Assembly: GCA_963662285.2 (NCBI GenBank)
Contig: CAXXMV010000001.1
Location: 576,001 to 640,000, forward strand
Source: a bacterium
Lineage (GTDB): Bacteria; Hinthialibacterota; Hinthialibacteria; Hinthialibacterales; Hinthialibacteraceae
Direction: 5' to 3'
DNA length: 64,000 nt
Made by a program: the position numbers and the translations under genes. This document shows positions 8,968 through 18,706 of the stretch, one piece after another. How positions within the stretch are numbered: the first letter of the stretch is position 1; every line of letters begins with the position of its first letter. The notes under the pieces were generated by a model, which ran no database searches, had not been told where the DNA came from, and worked only from the letters and a program-made list of their open reading frames with translations.

Positions 8968-10047
8968 TCAAGCAACGCCCAGAATCTCCCTAGCTGCATC
9001 TAATAATCGCAGGTTCTCCGCCTCAGTTCCAATACCGATGCGCAGGGCGGGACGTCCCAGATTCATATTAGCGGATTGATCAGACAATAGTATCCCTTTA
9101 TCCGTAAATAACTTGGCGGGATTCTTGTCATTCCATGACTGAGGCCACAGAGTCAATAGAAAATTGGCCTGCGATGGGGGGACGACCAAACCAAGCCGCT
9201 CTAATTCAACCTGCAAAGCATCTTTCCTGTCCTGCAATTCCTCAATGCGTTGTCGGTATATATCAGCATCCAGCAAAGCGGCGATTCCCGCCGCCTGGGC
9301 GCATACATTGACCGGAAAAGTCATAGCGTAGCGCTCCATGCGGTCAATCAAGCTCCGCGCCGCAACGGCGTAACCCAAGCGAAGACCCGACATACCGAAA
9401 CTTTTTGACAAGCTGCGCAACACCAGCAGGTTCTCTTTTTGATGAATCAGATCAACCACCGTCTCTCCGGCGAACTCGTAGTAGCACTCATCCACCACGA
9501 TAATCCCCGGCCACTGTTCGATATATTCCACCAGCCGCTCCCGCGCCGTTAACGTACCCGTTGGGTTATTGGGATTAGCGATAAACGAAACTGAATACGA
9601 CCCGTCTTTTAACTCAACAGGTATATCATCAATCGCCGGTAAATCAAAATTATCATCCCTGGCAATAGAAACAACCGGCGATCCATGCCTTTTTGCAGAA
9701 AAACCATAGACAAAAAAACTGGGACTGAACACGACTACGGGATCAGTTCTATTACCAAAAGCGACGACTGATAGATCAATCAATTCATCAGAACCATTGC
9801 CTATAATAATATTATCAGCTGAGTTCTCATACCCGACATATTCCGCAATCTTTTCCCGCAACTCTATACAATTGGTATCGGGATAACGGTTCACGTTTTG
9901 GATTGCGTTCATCAGCGCTTCTTTCACCCGTTCAGTCGGCGCGAAGGGATTCTCTCCCAAATGCAGGAACACGGCGTCGTCATCATGGGAACGCCAGTAT
10001 GAAGCGATATCGTGACGTGGAGCTAAATTTTCTTCCATGCTATTCAC
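8968..10047 (-). CDS. hisC: Histidinol-phosphate aminotransferase-family PLP enzyme
   Basis: NRYPD, GNGSDELI, NPNNPTG, VVDECY, RSLSKSFGMSGLRLGY. Confidence 0.85.
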   Translation of the reverse strand: MNSMEENLAPRHDIASYWRSHDDDAVFLHLGENPFAPTERVKEALMNAIQNVNRYPDTNCIELREKIAEYVGYENSADNIIIGNGSDELIDLSVVAFGNRTDPVVVFSPSFFVYGFSAKRHGSPVVSIARDDNFDLPAIDDIPVELKDGSYSVSFIANPNNPTGTLTARERLVEYIEQWPGIIVVDECYYEFAGETVVDLIHQKENLLVLRSLSKSFGMSGLRLGYAVAARSLIDRMERYAMTFPVNVCAQAAGIAALLDADIYRQRIEELQDRKDALQVELERLGLVVPPSQANFLLTLWPQSWNDKNPAKLFTDKGILLSDQSANMNLGRPALRIGIGTEAENLRLLDAAREILGVA

Positions 10048-10159
10048 CTGAAAATATGTAATAAATTAGATATTGAAATGCCTGATCCTTCCCCCAATTT
10101 TGGGAGGAGTATTTTATCCTCAATGCGTTCTGTAATGCTATTTTCAAATCACTCATCCT

Positions 10160-11701
10160 TCACTTATATTTTGGGTTGTATTTACCCTTTTCCCAGAAGC
10201 CGCCTAGATATTGGCGCATATTGCTTACACGCGGATAACTGTCGAAAATCTCACTGCCCGACATACGTGGATCGCCTTCAGCGGTCAGTCTGCTTTTTAA
10301 TTCATTCCACAGTTTTTCCCTGGTAGCAGCGTATGATGTTTCACCCGCCAGGTTCTTCATACAACCGGAGTCTTGGCGTATATCATAAAGTTCCTCCAAC
10401 GGCTTTTTACCGTAAGCGGCATTGAACAACTCTTTGTACTCATCCTTGTTTTCAATCATAAAATCATTAGTGGGACAGGCGTCGATATCATGATAATAGG
10501 GTGGATCGCCTGCTGGCCAGCGCTCAGGCTTGAGATTACGGATATACAAAAACTGCTCTGTCCTGATAGCGCGGCTGGGGTATCCCTGATTATCAAAACG
10601 CGAATGCGAATGACGTTCGCGTCCAGCCATGATTTGCTTACGGGATTGATCAACCACTCCAGATTTTTTCGACTGTAACACGTTCATAAAACTGCGCCCC
10701 GACATGCATTGCGGCGTCTCGACGCCCGCCGCCTCCAGAAATGTCGGCGCCAAATCAATGAACGAAACCAGGTCATCGATATATCGTCCTGCAGTAATCC
10801 CCTGCGGCCAACTGACCGCCATAGGCATGTGCAGACCATACTCATAGAGATTCGCTTTTGCGCGGGGGAAAGGCATACCGTTATCGCTGGTAACGACAAC
10901 CAGGGTATTATCCAACTCGCCAGCTTCTTCCAGCGTATTAAGAATCTTCACAAGGTGCTGATCAAACCATTCGCATTCAACAGCATAATCAAGCAGGTCG
11001 CTGCGGATTTCCGGCGTGTCCGGCAAAAACGGCGGGACAACGGCGTCTTCCAGTTTCTTGCCCATCTTCAAACCAATTCCTTTTTCATAAGAGCGATGCG
11101 GCTCGCTGGCGCCATACCAGAAAAAGAACGGTTGATCCTTGGGGCGCTCATCCATGAAATCAACAAAATTTGCTGCATAATCCAGATTCCTTATTCCTTC
11201 AGCGGGAGGTTTCAAAGTTCTCTTGTCATATCCCGGCCCCGCTGGATTGCGCTTCCAGCCGGAATCCTTCCAATTACCCGGTCCCCATGACTTACCAGTC
11301 GTTCCGATAAAATAACCGGATTCTTCCAGCACATCAGTGAACACCGTCAGTTTCTTTGGAAAATAACTGGCGTGGGTTCCCGCTTCTTCATTCTGCCAGA
11401 TCGAACGTCCGGTCAAAATCGAAGCGCGGTTGGGGGCGCAGTGCGGCGCGGCGCAAAAAGCGTTATTCAATAGACACCCCATCTGCGCCACCCGGTCAAA
11501 TCCGGGCGAGCGCACCATCTTGCTGCCATACGCTCCGGTATGAGGCCACGATTGATCGTCAGAAATGGCGAACAGAATATTAGGACGCTTAGCGCTGGAT
11601 TTCTGTGCAGCATCCGACCAGCCCGCCGCTGATCCAGCCATCAATCCCAGAGCCGCCTGCGTCGTCCGTTTCATAAATCCGCGTCGGTTCAAACAATTCA
11701 T
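10160..11701 (-). CDS. Tat-exported sulfatase (sulfamidase-like)
   Basis: NRRGFMK Tat motif; PNILFAISDD; CAPNR (CxPxR); TSDNG. Confidence 0.92.
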   Translation of the reverse strand: MNCLNRRGFMKRTTQAALGLMAGSAAGWSDAAQKSSAKRPNILFAISDDQSWPHTGAYGSKMVRSPGFDRVAQMGCLLNNAFCAAPHCAPNRASILTGRSIWQNEEAGTHASYFPKKLTVFTDVLEESGYFIGTTGKSWGPGNWKDSGWKRNPAGPGYDKRTLKPPAEGIRNLDYAANFVDFMDERPKDQPFFFWYGASEPHRSYEKGIGLKMGKKLEDAVVPPFLPDTPEIRSDLLDYAVECEWFDQHLVKILNTLEEAGELDNTLVVVTSDNGMPFPRAKANLYEYGLHMPMAVSWPQGITAGRYIDDLVSFIDLAPTFLEAAGVETPQCMSGRSFMNVLQSKKSGVVDQSRKQIMAGRERHSHSRFDNQGYPSRAIRTEQFLYIRNLKPERWPAGDPPYYHDIDACPTNDFMIENKDEYKELFNAAYGKKPLEELYDIRQDSGCMKNLAGETSYAATREKLWNELKSRLTAEGDPRMSGSEIFDSYPRVSNMRQYLGGFWEKGKYNPKYK

Positions 11702-11712
11702 TGTGCGCTCCT

Positions 11713-12330
11713 TTATTCATCAACAGTTACTGGTTCCCAAATAACTTTTCTCTTAAGAATATCCGTCAATCTATCACGCAAAGAGTCTTGATTCTCATCT
11801 GGAATCTCAAACGAAATCTCTATTTCTGCGCCAAATTCTTTTTCGAGGTTAATCGCTTCATATTCGATTAAAGTTTTTTCTACGCTTATAAGATCATGGT
11901 ATGGGATGGTAAGAGACAAAGCAATCCGTTCAACTTTATCCTCGGTCGTCATTTCAGCCAACACCAACTTGGCCGATTGCGAATAGGCCGCCACCAAACC
12001 GCCCGTCCCCAGCTTGGTTCCACCGAAATAACGCGTAACCACCAGAGTTACATCACCCGCCAAAGCACCGCGCAAAACGGCCATCACTGGAGGCCCTGAA
12101 GTTCCCGAAGGTTCCCCATCGTCGCTCATGCCTTCGGTTATACTACCGCCATATCCAATCTTAAACGCATAGACATGGTGGTTGGCGTCAGGCATCTCCC
12201 GTTGCACCGACGCAATAAACTCTTTGGCTTCTTCAACGCTGGACGTCCGGCCAAGCGTGGCGATGAACCTGGAGTTCTTCACCTTATGCTCAATGCGGAC
12301 GGCATTTCGGGGAATAGGATACCGGGTCAT
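11713..12330 (-). CDS. yigZ: YigZ/IMPACT family protein
   Basis: KNSRF, DANHH, SDDGEPSGTSG, VTRYFGGTKLGTGGL. Confidence 0.92.
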   Translation of the reverse strand: MTRYPIPRNAVRIEHKVKNSRFIATLGRTSSVEEAKEFIASVQREMPDANHHVYAFKIGYGGSITEGMSDDGEPSGTSGPPVMAVLRGALAGDVTLVVTRYFGGTKLGTGGLVAAYSQSAKLVLAEMTTEDKVERIALSLTIPYHDLISVEKTLIEYEAINLEKEFGAEIEISFEIPDENQDSLRDRLTDILKRKVIWEPVTVDE

Positions 12331-12505
12331 AGTTCAACGCCTTGAATGATGCAAACCACTCTAGAACCACAGCCTTCCTGTTGACCATATTGTCTACATG
12401 TCATATTATTCTTTCCCAATCGAAAACCATTTAAGACTAAAACAAATATGATTGAAATCACATAATTAGTTCATTCAACATAGTATAGCAAAAAGGAGAT
12501 ATATC

Positions 12506-13522
12506 ATGCATCATGCCAGACGCATTCAAAGCGGTTTTTCGTGGATTTTAGTAATATTCCTTACAGTGTGCCTCTTCTCATCCTGCCAATCAATCAATTC
12601 CATAACTCATAACAAAAACCGCAGTTTCTCCATCGTTATATTACCTGATACCCAAAACTATACCGACTCAAGTTATGGCGGTTCGCCCGAACTTTTCCGC
12701 CAACAGACGCAATGGATCAAGGATAACAAGGAAAAACTTAATATCGTAATGGTCGCCCATGTCGGCGATATTGTGCAGAATCCCGACCAGACCCCTGAAT
12801 GGGAAATGGCCAGCGATGCGTTCAAGACTATCGATGATGAAGTCCCCTATATATTCTGCCTGGGAAACCATGACATTGGCAAGGATAAAAACACCCCGCC
12901 CGATGAACGCTTCACCCTCCTAAACGACTATTTTCCACCATCACGCTTTACCGGAAATCCTTTATATGAAAAGAATTTCGGCGCCGACAAAGAGAAACAT
13001 TTCATGGAAAAGGGTAAATCCGACAACTACTACCTCTATTTCAGAGGTGGAGAAGAAAAATTCCTGATCATCGCGCTGGAATTCAAACCAAGGGATAATG
13101 TTCTCACCTGGGCTAACCAGGTAGTATCAGCGCACCCGAATCATCGCTGCATCGTTCTGACCCACGGCTACCTCAACGCACAGGGAAAACACGGCATGGG
13201 TAAATACGGCATCACAGGCAACTATCCCCCGCAAATCTGGGAAAAATTTGTACGCAAAAACCCCAACATCTTCATGGTCTTCTGCGGTCACATCCTGGGC
13301 GAAGCGTCTTCAACTTGCGCCGGAGACGCTGGCAACACCATACACCAAATCCTGGTTGACTACCAAAACGCCTACATCGGCAATGGCGGACATGGCTTCC
13401 TGCGCATCATGACTTTTTACCCGGATCAAAACATAATAGAAAACCAAACATATTCACCCAGCCTCGATGTCTATATAAACAGAGATAAAAGCAGATTTAC
13501 TCTTGAATACTCCGATAATTAA
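12506..13522 (+). CDS. Calcineurin-like metallophosphoesterase, probable lipoprotein
   Basis: PDTQ, HVGDIV, GNHD, LTH, CGH motifs; lipobox-like FSSC. Confidence 0.88.
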   Translation: MHHARRIQSGFSWILVIFLTVCLFSSCQSINSITHNKNRSFSIVILPDTQNYTDSSYGGSPELFRQQTQWIKDNKEKLNIVMVAHVGDIVQNPDQTPEWEMASDAFKTIDDEVPYIFCLGNHDIGKDKNTPPDERFTLLNDYFPPSRFTGNPLYEKNFGADKEKHFMEKGKSDNYYLYFRGGEEKFLIIALEFKPRDNVLTWANQVVSAHPNHRCIVLTHGYLNAQGKHGMGKYGITGNYPPQIWEKFVRKNPNIFMVFCGHILGEASSTCAGDAGNTIHQILVDYQNAYIGNGGHGFLRIMTFYPDQNIIENQTYSPSLDVYINRDKSRFTLEYSDN

Positions 13523-13551
13523 ACAAATCTCTCACAACGATTGTCGAATAC

Positions 13552-13777
13552 GGGTGCCAAGGGCAGCGTCCTTTCTGCCCTTGACGATAACTATATAGAA
13601 ACTGAATATTTTCTATAATTATTTTTCTTTTTTTATTGAATGATTAACATATGGCTCTAACTACTAATACTTTAAAGTAAATTATTATTCTGTTTATTGG
13701 GTGATACAGTGATTAAATTATAGAGATATAATAGGTTAACTAAATCAAGGGCAGAAAATACACTGCCCTTGGCACCC
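13552..13777. mobile_element. MITE/REPIN-like element: inverted family A palindromes around an AT-rich spacer
   Basis: Inward-facing ends 13552-13585 and 13744-13777; homologous element at 49943-50159. Confidence 0.7.
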
Positions 13778-13823
13778 TGTATTGTTCTATATTCAGATAA
13801 TTGGATTCTCATAATCCAAGCAT

Positions 13824-13859
13824 CCCCTCTCCCGGCGGGAGAGGGTCAGGGTGAGGGGG
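13824..13859. repeat. REP-like family B (CCCTCTCCC..GGGAGAGGGT[C/T]AGGGTGAGGG)
   Basis: Recurs at ~20950, 30190/33533 (split by IS), 33721, 44557, 45645-45858, 49874/50241, 52803, 58826, 62578, 62679. Confidence 0.8.
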
Positions 13860-13878
13860 AATCTACAAACACCCGCTT

Positions 13879-15126
13879 CTAAAATTGCAACTCACTGGAA
13901 ACCATCATCCCCCGTTCATCAGTAACGCTGAGAAACCATATCGTAGTCTTCTCATCCACTTTGGGAGCAAAAACCATATTATTCTTCAATGTCACAGGCT
14001 TACTGATCCAATTACGCTTCCCATTCTCAACCCGTATCGCATCAGTAGTATAGTGGATGCTGGCTGAAACCAGTTTAGTCTGCGATTCCACTTTGACGCG
14101 GATTTGTTTATCCCCTATCTTCAGCGATGAAAATCGTGGTAGGGGAACCTCTTTTCCCAATTGAGAATCGATAAAAACTTTAATCTCCTTGGGGCGGTCA
14201 AAAATATGCCCATGACTTAAATCAGGGACGAAATACAGGTTCTTCTCGCTTTTAACCAAACCATAGGTTTTGGCGTAACTATCCGGTGGATAGGCGAAAT
14301 CGCGGCCTCCATTAACAAACAACATCGGAATGGCAGCTGAACCTACGTAACTGGATGGGTCCCAAAGTTTGACCCATTTGTCACGCTGTTCAGGAGAAAA
14401 TTTCTCTTCAAACCAGGGCAGCCAACAGCTGTTCTGATGCAGAAATCCACAGCCGTAAACCGGGCAAGCCGCCTTAAAACGGTTATCCAGACCAGCCGTT
14501 ATGCAAGTTAGATATCCACCCCAGCTGATGCCGGTCAATCCGGTCCGCTCAGCGTCGACCTCGTCAAAGGACATGATTAGAGAATGAGCCAGAATCACAT
14601 TGGCTACTGCATGATAGGTCCATTGGTCAGTTACGGGCTTATCGATATTACCGAATTTGGTATTATCAGATTGATCGGGGCCGCCATCATCCAGCCGTTT
14701 TTGATCTACGCCGCAGCCCGCTAAATCCATAGCGATAGCCGCATAACCATAACCAGCCCACAACTCAGCCCATTCCTTAAACGCGCTGCCGCCGCCGCCA
14801 TGAACCAGAACCATCGCTGGTAAATCCTTATCCAGGCTGGAGTCTCCCGCCAGGATTCCAGGGGTGCAGTAATAAGCGAAGACGTTGGTTTGCTTCATAT
14901 CTTGATAGGGCAAACCTTTGTATATCAATGACCGCATTTTCCCCGACTGCTCAAGCCACTCAAAATCCGGCGCCACGCTCAACGCCTCTAAATCCCAGGG
15001 AGTCGAGTCCGGCAATGTAGCCGCTGATTTAATAACATCAGCGCTCCACGAACAGAGGCAGAGACATATAATAATAATAATAAACGGGCAAAATATTAGT
15101 GTAATTTTGGGAAATAATTTTTTCAT
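13879..15126 (-). CDS. Secreted alpha/beta hydrolase (acetylxylan esterase-like)
   Basis: LVHGGGG, GISWGG nucleophile elbow, D and H candidates; N-terminal hydrophobic signal. Confidence 0.85.
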   Translation of the reverse strand: MKKLFPKITLIFCPFIIIIICLCLCSWSADVIKSAATLPDSTPWDLEALSVAPDFEWLEQSGKMRSLIYKGLPYQDMKQTNVFAYYCTPGILAGDSSLDKDLPAMVLVHGGGGSAFKEWAELWAGYGYAAIAMDLAGCGVDQKRLDDGGPDQSDNTKFGNIDKPVTDQWTYHAVANVILAHSLIMSFDEVDAERTGLTGISWGGYLTCITAGLDNRFKAACPVYGCGFLHQNSCWLPWFEEKFSPEQRDKWVKLWDPSSYVGSAAIPMLFVNGGRDFAYPPDSYAKTYGLVKSEKNLYFVPDLSHGHIFDRPKEIKVFIDSQLGKEVPLPRFSSLKIGDKQIRVKVESQTKLVSASIHYTTDAIRVENGKRNWISKPVTLKNNMVFAPKVDEKTTIWFLSVTDERGMMVSSELQF

Positions 15127-15385
15127 GGTTTTCAACCTTTTTTTGTAATATCCAATACAATACATTAAAACAAATCGCCTTTTCTATCCTTGCAGATCAA
15201 AAATTTTAGCGCTTTACACCACCTTGTTTGACAATTCGCATTTCCAGGCGCCAATACATCTACGTATAAATCCATACTTAGTTTTACCATAAAATTATCT
15301 TGCAATCATGCCTTTCCTGTTTTATGGTAGTATCTAATTAGGTAACATGGCTATCATCTAATTAAATCTTAAGAATTGGTTAATC

Positions 15386-16024
15386 ATGAAAAGTCTTAAG
15401 CTGAAACACGGTTTCACCCTTATTGAATTGTTAATCGTGGTCGCTATAATCGGCATTCTGGCCGCCATTGCCGTCCCCAATTTCCTCAACGCCCAGACCC
15501 GCGCCAAAGTCGCTAAAGTTCTCTCTGATATACAGGCTATGGGACAGGCGCAGTCAATGTACCAGCTCGACTGGAACACCTATACCGAAAACCACCACGA
15601 TTCCGATGTCCCCCTTCATGCTGGATTGTTCCGCCTGACCCATCCGGTCGCCTACCTTAGCGCTCTTCCCGAAGATCCCTTCTATAACAACCCGTTCGCC
15701 AATGCCGACGATTGGGCCAGCACCCAAAAACATTACACCTTCGGCACGGAACCCGACTGGGACGTTCAATGGGATCGCGGCGGCAACCGCAACGGCAAGG
15801 CCACCCGCTGGTTGTGCGCCAGCGCCGGGCCCAGCTACAGCGATGATTCCAACCCGGTTTTTGAATACCCCGGAGCAGCCAACACCATCTGGGATACGCC
15901 GGGACGCTTTTCCGTCGCAGAATACTCTGGAACTACTTTCCGCTACATGAGGTATCACCCCTCCAACGGTCTGATCAGCCTGGGCGATATCCTGGTAGCC
16001 AGTGATTTTAAACCGTCTTATTAG
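15386..16024 (+). CDS. Prepilin-type N-terminal cleavage/methylation domain protein
   Basis: HGFTLIELLIVVAIIGILAAIAVPNF class III signal. Confidence 0.92.
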   Translation: MKSLKLKHGFTLIELLIVVAIIGILAAIAVPNFLNAQTRAKVAKVLSDIQAMGQAQSMYQLDWNTYTENHHDSDVPLHAGLFRLTHPVAYLSALPEDPFYNNPFANADDWASTQKHYTFGTEPDWDVQWDRGGNRNGKATRWLCASAGPSYSDDSNPVFEYPGAANTIWDTPGRFSVAEYSGTTFRYMRYHPSNGLISLGDILVASDFKPSY

Positions 16025-16109
16025 AATAATAATGAGAAATACTGGTTCGTGATATCGTAAAATAATATCTAATCATCATCGCATCTTGCGTTGTTACTCA
16101 TGCACCCAC

Positions 16110-16229
16110 GGTTGCATATTGCAACCATGCTTCTTCTGTCAATCTCAATCTAACATTATATATATCATAGAATATCAATACTTTATATCGTTAATAACTC
16201 CACTCCCATACTATTGGCATAATTCCTGT
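16110..16229 (+). promoter_or_regulatory. Putative sigma54 promoter with enhancer palindrome and IHF site
   Basis: GGTTGCA-TAT-TGCAACC (16110-16126); TATCAA-TACT-TTA matches IHF WATCAANNNNTTR (16173-16185); TTGGCAT-AATTC-CTGT -24/-12-like element (16214-16229) with GT in place of GC. Confidence 0.6.
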
Positions 16230-16243
16230 GTATGTAAACAAGT

Positions 16244-16657
16244 ATGAACGTTGCCATCCCGATATGGAATCATAGAATCTCTCCTGTTTTCGACGCTGCC
16301 GGAAGATTGCTGGTTGTGCCGATTGAAAATGGTGAAGAACAACCTGGACGCACCGAGTGCATTCTGAATGAGTCTGATTTTTTCAACCGGGCCAAAAGGC
16401 TTCAACTATTGGGAATAGACCTCTTGATATGTGGAGCAATCTCTAAACCTCTTGAAGAGAGTATTCAAAATAATGGAATTCAGGTTATTTCTCATATCTG
16501 TGGTTTTGTGGAAGAAATTTTAGAAGCTTATTGCACAGATCAAATTCAACAAGAAAGATTCATAATGCCTGGTTGTTGCGGCCAAAGACGTAACAGGTTG
16601 CAACGCCATGGATCGCATTGCCGAAGAAATAACCGGAAAAAAGGAGCATCCGCGTGA
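16244..16657 (+). CDS. NifB/NifX-family (FeMo-co biosynthesis domain) protein
   Basis: RISPVFD, LICGAIS, MPGC plus Arg-rich tail. Confidence 0.85.
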   Translation: MNVAIPIWNHRISPVFDAAGRLLVVPIENGEEQPGRTECILNESDFFNRAKRLQLLGIDLLICGAISKPLEESIQNNGIQVISHICGFVEEILEAYCTDQIQQERFIMPGCCGQRRNRLQRHGSHCRRNNRKKGASA

Positions 16658-17016
16658 AAGTTGCCGTAAGTTCTCAAGGAACCACATTAGATAGTATGGT
16701 CGATCCCCGCTTTGGCAGGTCGCCGCAGTTTATCGTGATCGATACCGAAACAGGCGAATTCACCTGCCACGACAATACCCAGAATTTGAACGCCGCCCAG
16801 GGAGCAGGCATTCAAGCCGCCCGCAATGTTATCAATCTCGGAGTTGAAGCGGTTATCACCGGAAACCTGGGTCCCAAAGCATTTACAACTCTGCAAGCAG
16901 GACAGATAACTATGTATATCGGCGCACAGGGAACCATACAACAAGCGGTCGATCAACTGAAATCAGGTCAAATGCAACCAGTCAGCCAACCGAACGTGGA
17001 AGGTCATTGGGTGTAA
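16654..17016 (+). CDS. NifB/NifX-family protein (Orange-protein-like)
   Basis: DPRFGRS, GAGIQAA, VITGNLGPKAF, PNVEGHW. Confidence 0.9.
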   Translation: MKVAVSSQGTTLDSMVDPRFGRSPQFIVIDTETGEFTCHDNTQNLNAAQGAGIQAARNVINLGVEAVITGNLGPKAFTTLQAGQITMYIGAQGTIQQAVDQLKSGQMQPVSQPNVEGHWV

Positions 17017-17022
17017 ATTCAA

Positions 17023-17907
17023 GTGAAATCTTATCTGGATTGCATCCCCTGTTTTATACGACAGTCGCTTGATTCGGTTCGTAGAGTTTCCAACGATGAA
17101 AACATACACCAAGAGGTGCTGCGCAGCATCCTGTCTAAAACTAGCAACATGGACTTGAGTGAATCTCCACCGAGTATGGCGCAATTCATCCATCGGTTGA
17201 TCCGCGAAAAAACGGGAGTGGCCGATCCGTACAGGGAAATCAAACAATATTTCAACCGCGAAATTATGGCCATGTTCGACGACCTGAAATCGCGCATCAA
17301 TCAATCCAGCGATCCACTGGAAACGGCTGTACGTCTGGCTATTGCAGGTAACATCATCGATTTGGGCGCCCGCAACCAGGTCAATCAACATATCATTCAA
17401 GACGCCATAGATCATGCATTAAACAATCCATTGTTGTGGGACAAAGAGGAATTCGTCGCCGAAGTAGAGCAAGCCGAAACCATTCTTTACCTGGCTGATA
17501 ACGCTGGCGAGATTGTTTTCGATTGGCTGTTGATTGAGCAACTCCCTGTGCAGAAAATAACTGTAGTGGTGCGTGGTTATCCCACCTTGAATGACGTAAC
17601 GCTGGCGGATGCACAAGAGATCGGCTTAGACAAGATCGTACAGGTCATTGACAATGGATCGGATGCGCCCGGTACTATTCTGCATGATTGTTCCATAGAG
17701 TTCGTCGAACGATTTAACCAGGCATCTCTAATAATTTCCAAAGGACAGGGCAACTACGAAACTCTCAGCGATGTTGATAAAGATATTTTCTTCATGCTCA
17801 AAGCAAAATGCCCTGTCATCGCTGATGATATCGGTTGCCAGGTGGGCGACATGGTTTTTCAACGTTCTTCATCTCATTTATATTCACAACAAATCTTCAC
17901 TAAGTAG
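17023..17907 (+). CDS. ARMT1/DUF89 damage-control phosphatase family
   Basis: CIPC, DPY, AGNIID, DNAGEIVFD, NDVT, SKGQGNYETL. Confidence 0.9.
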   Translation: MKSYLDCIPCFIRQSLDSVRRVSNDENIHQEVLRSILSKTSNMDLSESPPSMAQFIHRLIREKTGVADPYREIKQYFNREIMAMFDDLKSRINQSSDPLETAVRLAIAGNIIDLGARNQVNQHIIQDAIDHALNNPLLWDKEEFVAEVEQAETILYLADNAGEIVFDWLLIEQLPVQKITVVVRGYPTLNDVTLADAQEIGLDKIVQVIDNGSDAPGTILHDCSIEFVERFNQASLIISKGQGNYETLSDVDKDIFFMLKAKCPVIADDIGCQVGDMVFQRSSSHLYSQQIFTK

Positions 17908-17914
17908 GTGTATT

Positions 17915-18526
17915 ATGAAAATCGCAATTACAGCTCAACAACCATCCATTGATTCAAATATAGACCCCCGTTTAGGACGATGCGCATATCTAGTCATCGC
18001 CGATCTCGATCAGGGAACTCACGATATAATAGAAAATCCGAACACTGCCGCCTCCAGCGGCGCCGGCATCCAAACCGCGCGTCTCCTGGCCGAAAAAGGC
18101 GTAAAGGCCATACTGACCGGCAACTGTGGACCCAACGCGCATACCACGCTCACCGCAGCTGGTATTGATGTTATTGTCGGAGTTTCAGGCTTGATTTCTG
18201 ACGCTATTGAGCAATTCAAATCCAATGCTTTCACTCCGGTTAATGAACCAAATGTAAGTTCTCATGCTGGTATGGCTGATAACCAGACAGCGGCCAATAT
18301 TCCAAATCCTCCACCACTGCCCGAAGCAAATAATCCTTCAATTAATCAAGCAGGCAGTATGGGCGGTGGACAAGGCATGGGCGGTGGACAAGGCATGGGC
18401 GGCGGACAAGGCATGGGCGGCGGACGCGGCATGGGCGGCGGGCGCGGCATGGGCGGCGGACGAGGCATGGGCGGCGGACGCGGCATGGGCGGCGGACGTG
18501 GCATGGGCGGCGGAAGAAATAGGTAA
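17915..18526 (+). CDS. NifB/NifX-family protein with (MGGG[Q/R]G)n tail
   Basis: DPRLGRC, GAGIQTA, TGNCGPNA; start 17915 after AGGTG RBS. Confidence 0.9.
   Translation: MKIAITAQQPSIDSNIDPRLGRCAYLVIADLDQGTHDIIENPNTAASSGAGIQTARLLAEKGVKAILTGNCGPNAHTTLTAAGIDVIVGVSGLISDAIEQFKSNAFTPVNEPNVSSHAGMADNQTAANIPNPPPLPEANNPSINQAGSMGGGQGMGGGQGMGGGQGMGGGRGMGGGRGMGGGRGMGGGRGMGGGRGMGGGRNR
18359..18517 (+). repeat. Coding 18-bp tandem repeat, 9 units
   Basis: ATGGGCGG[C/T]GG[A/G]C..GGC encoding MGGGQG x3, MGGGRG x5, MGGGR. Confidence 0.95.
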
Positions 18527-18706
18527 TTAATCCTTAATTATTCACCTGATGGGCGCCAAGGGCAAGACCGCATTGCGTCCAGCCCTTGATCAAGCCGCCT
18601 AATATAAGGTGAGGGCGATTCTAAAATAATTGGTTGATCTATTACTTATTTTTAATGTCGGGTATTTAACATAGGTTTTTATAAATATCAGTTACAAGAG
18701 ACTAAC

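Noticed and set aside
18359-18517. CRISPR array
   Set aside because: Contiguous in-frame coding repeat with no spacers. The dispersed palindromes elsewhere are irregularly spaced, and no cas genes are seen.
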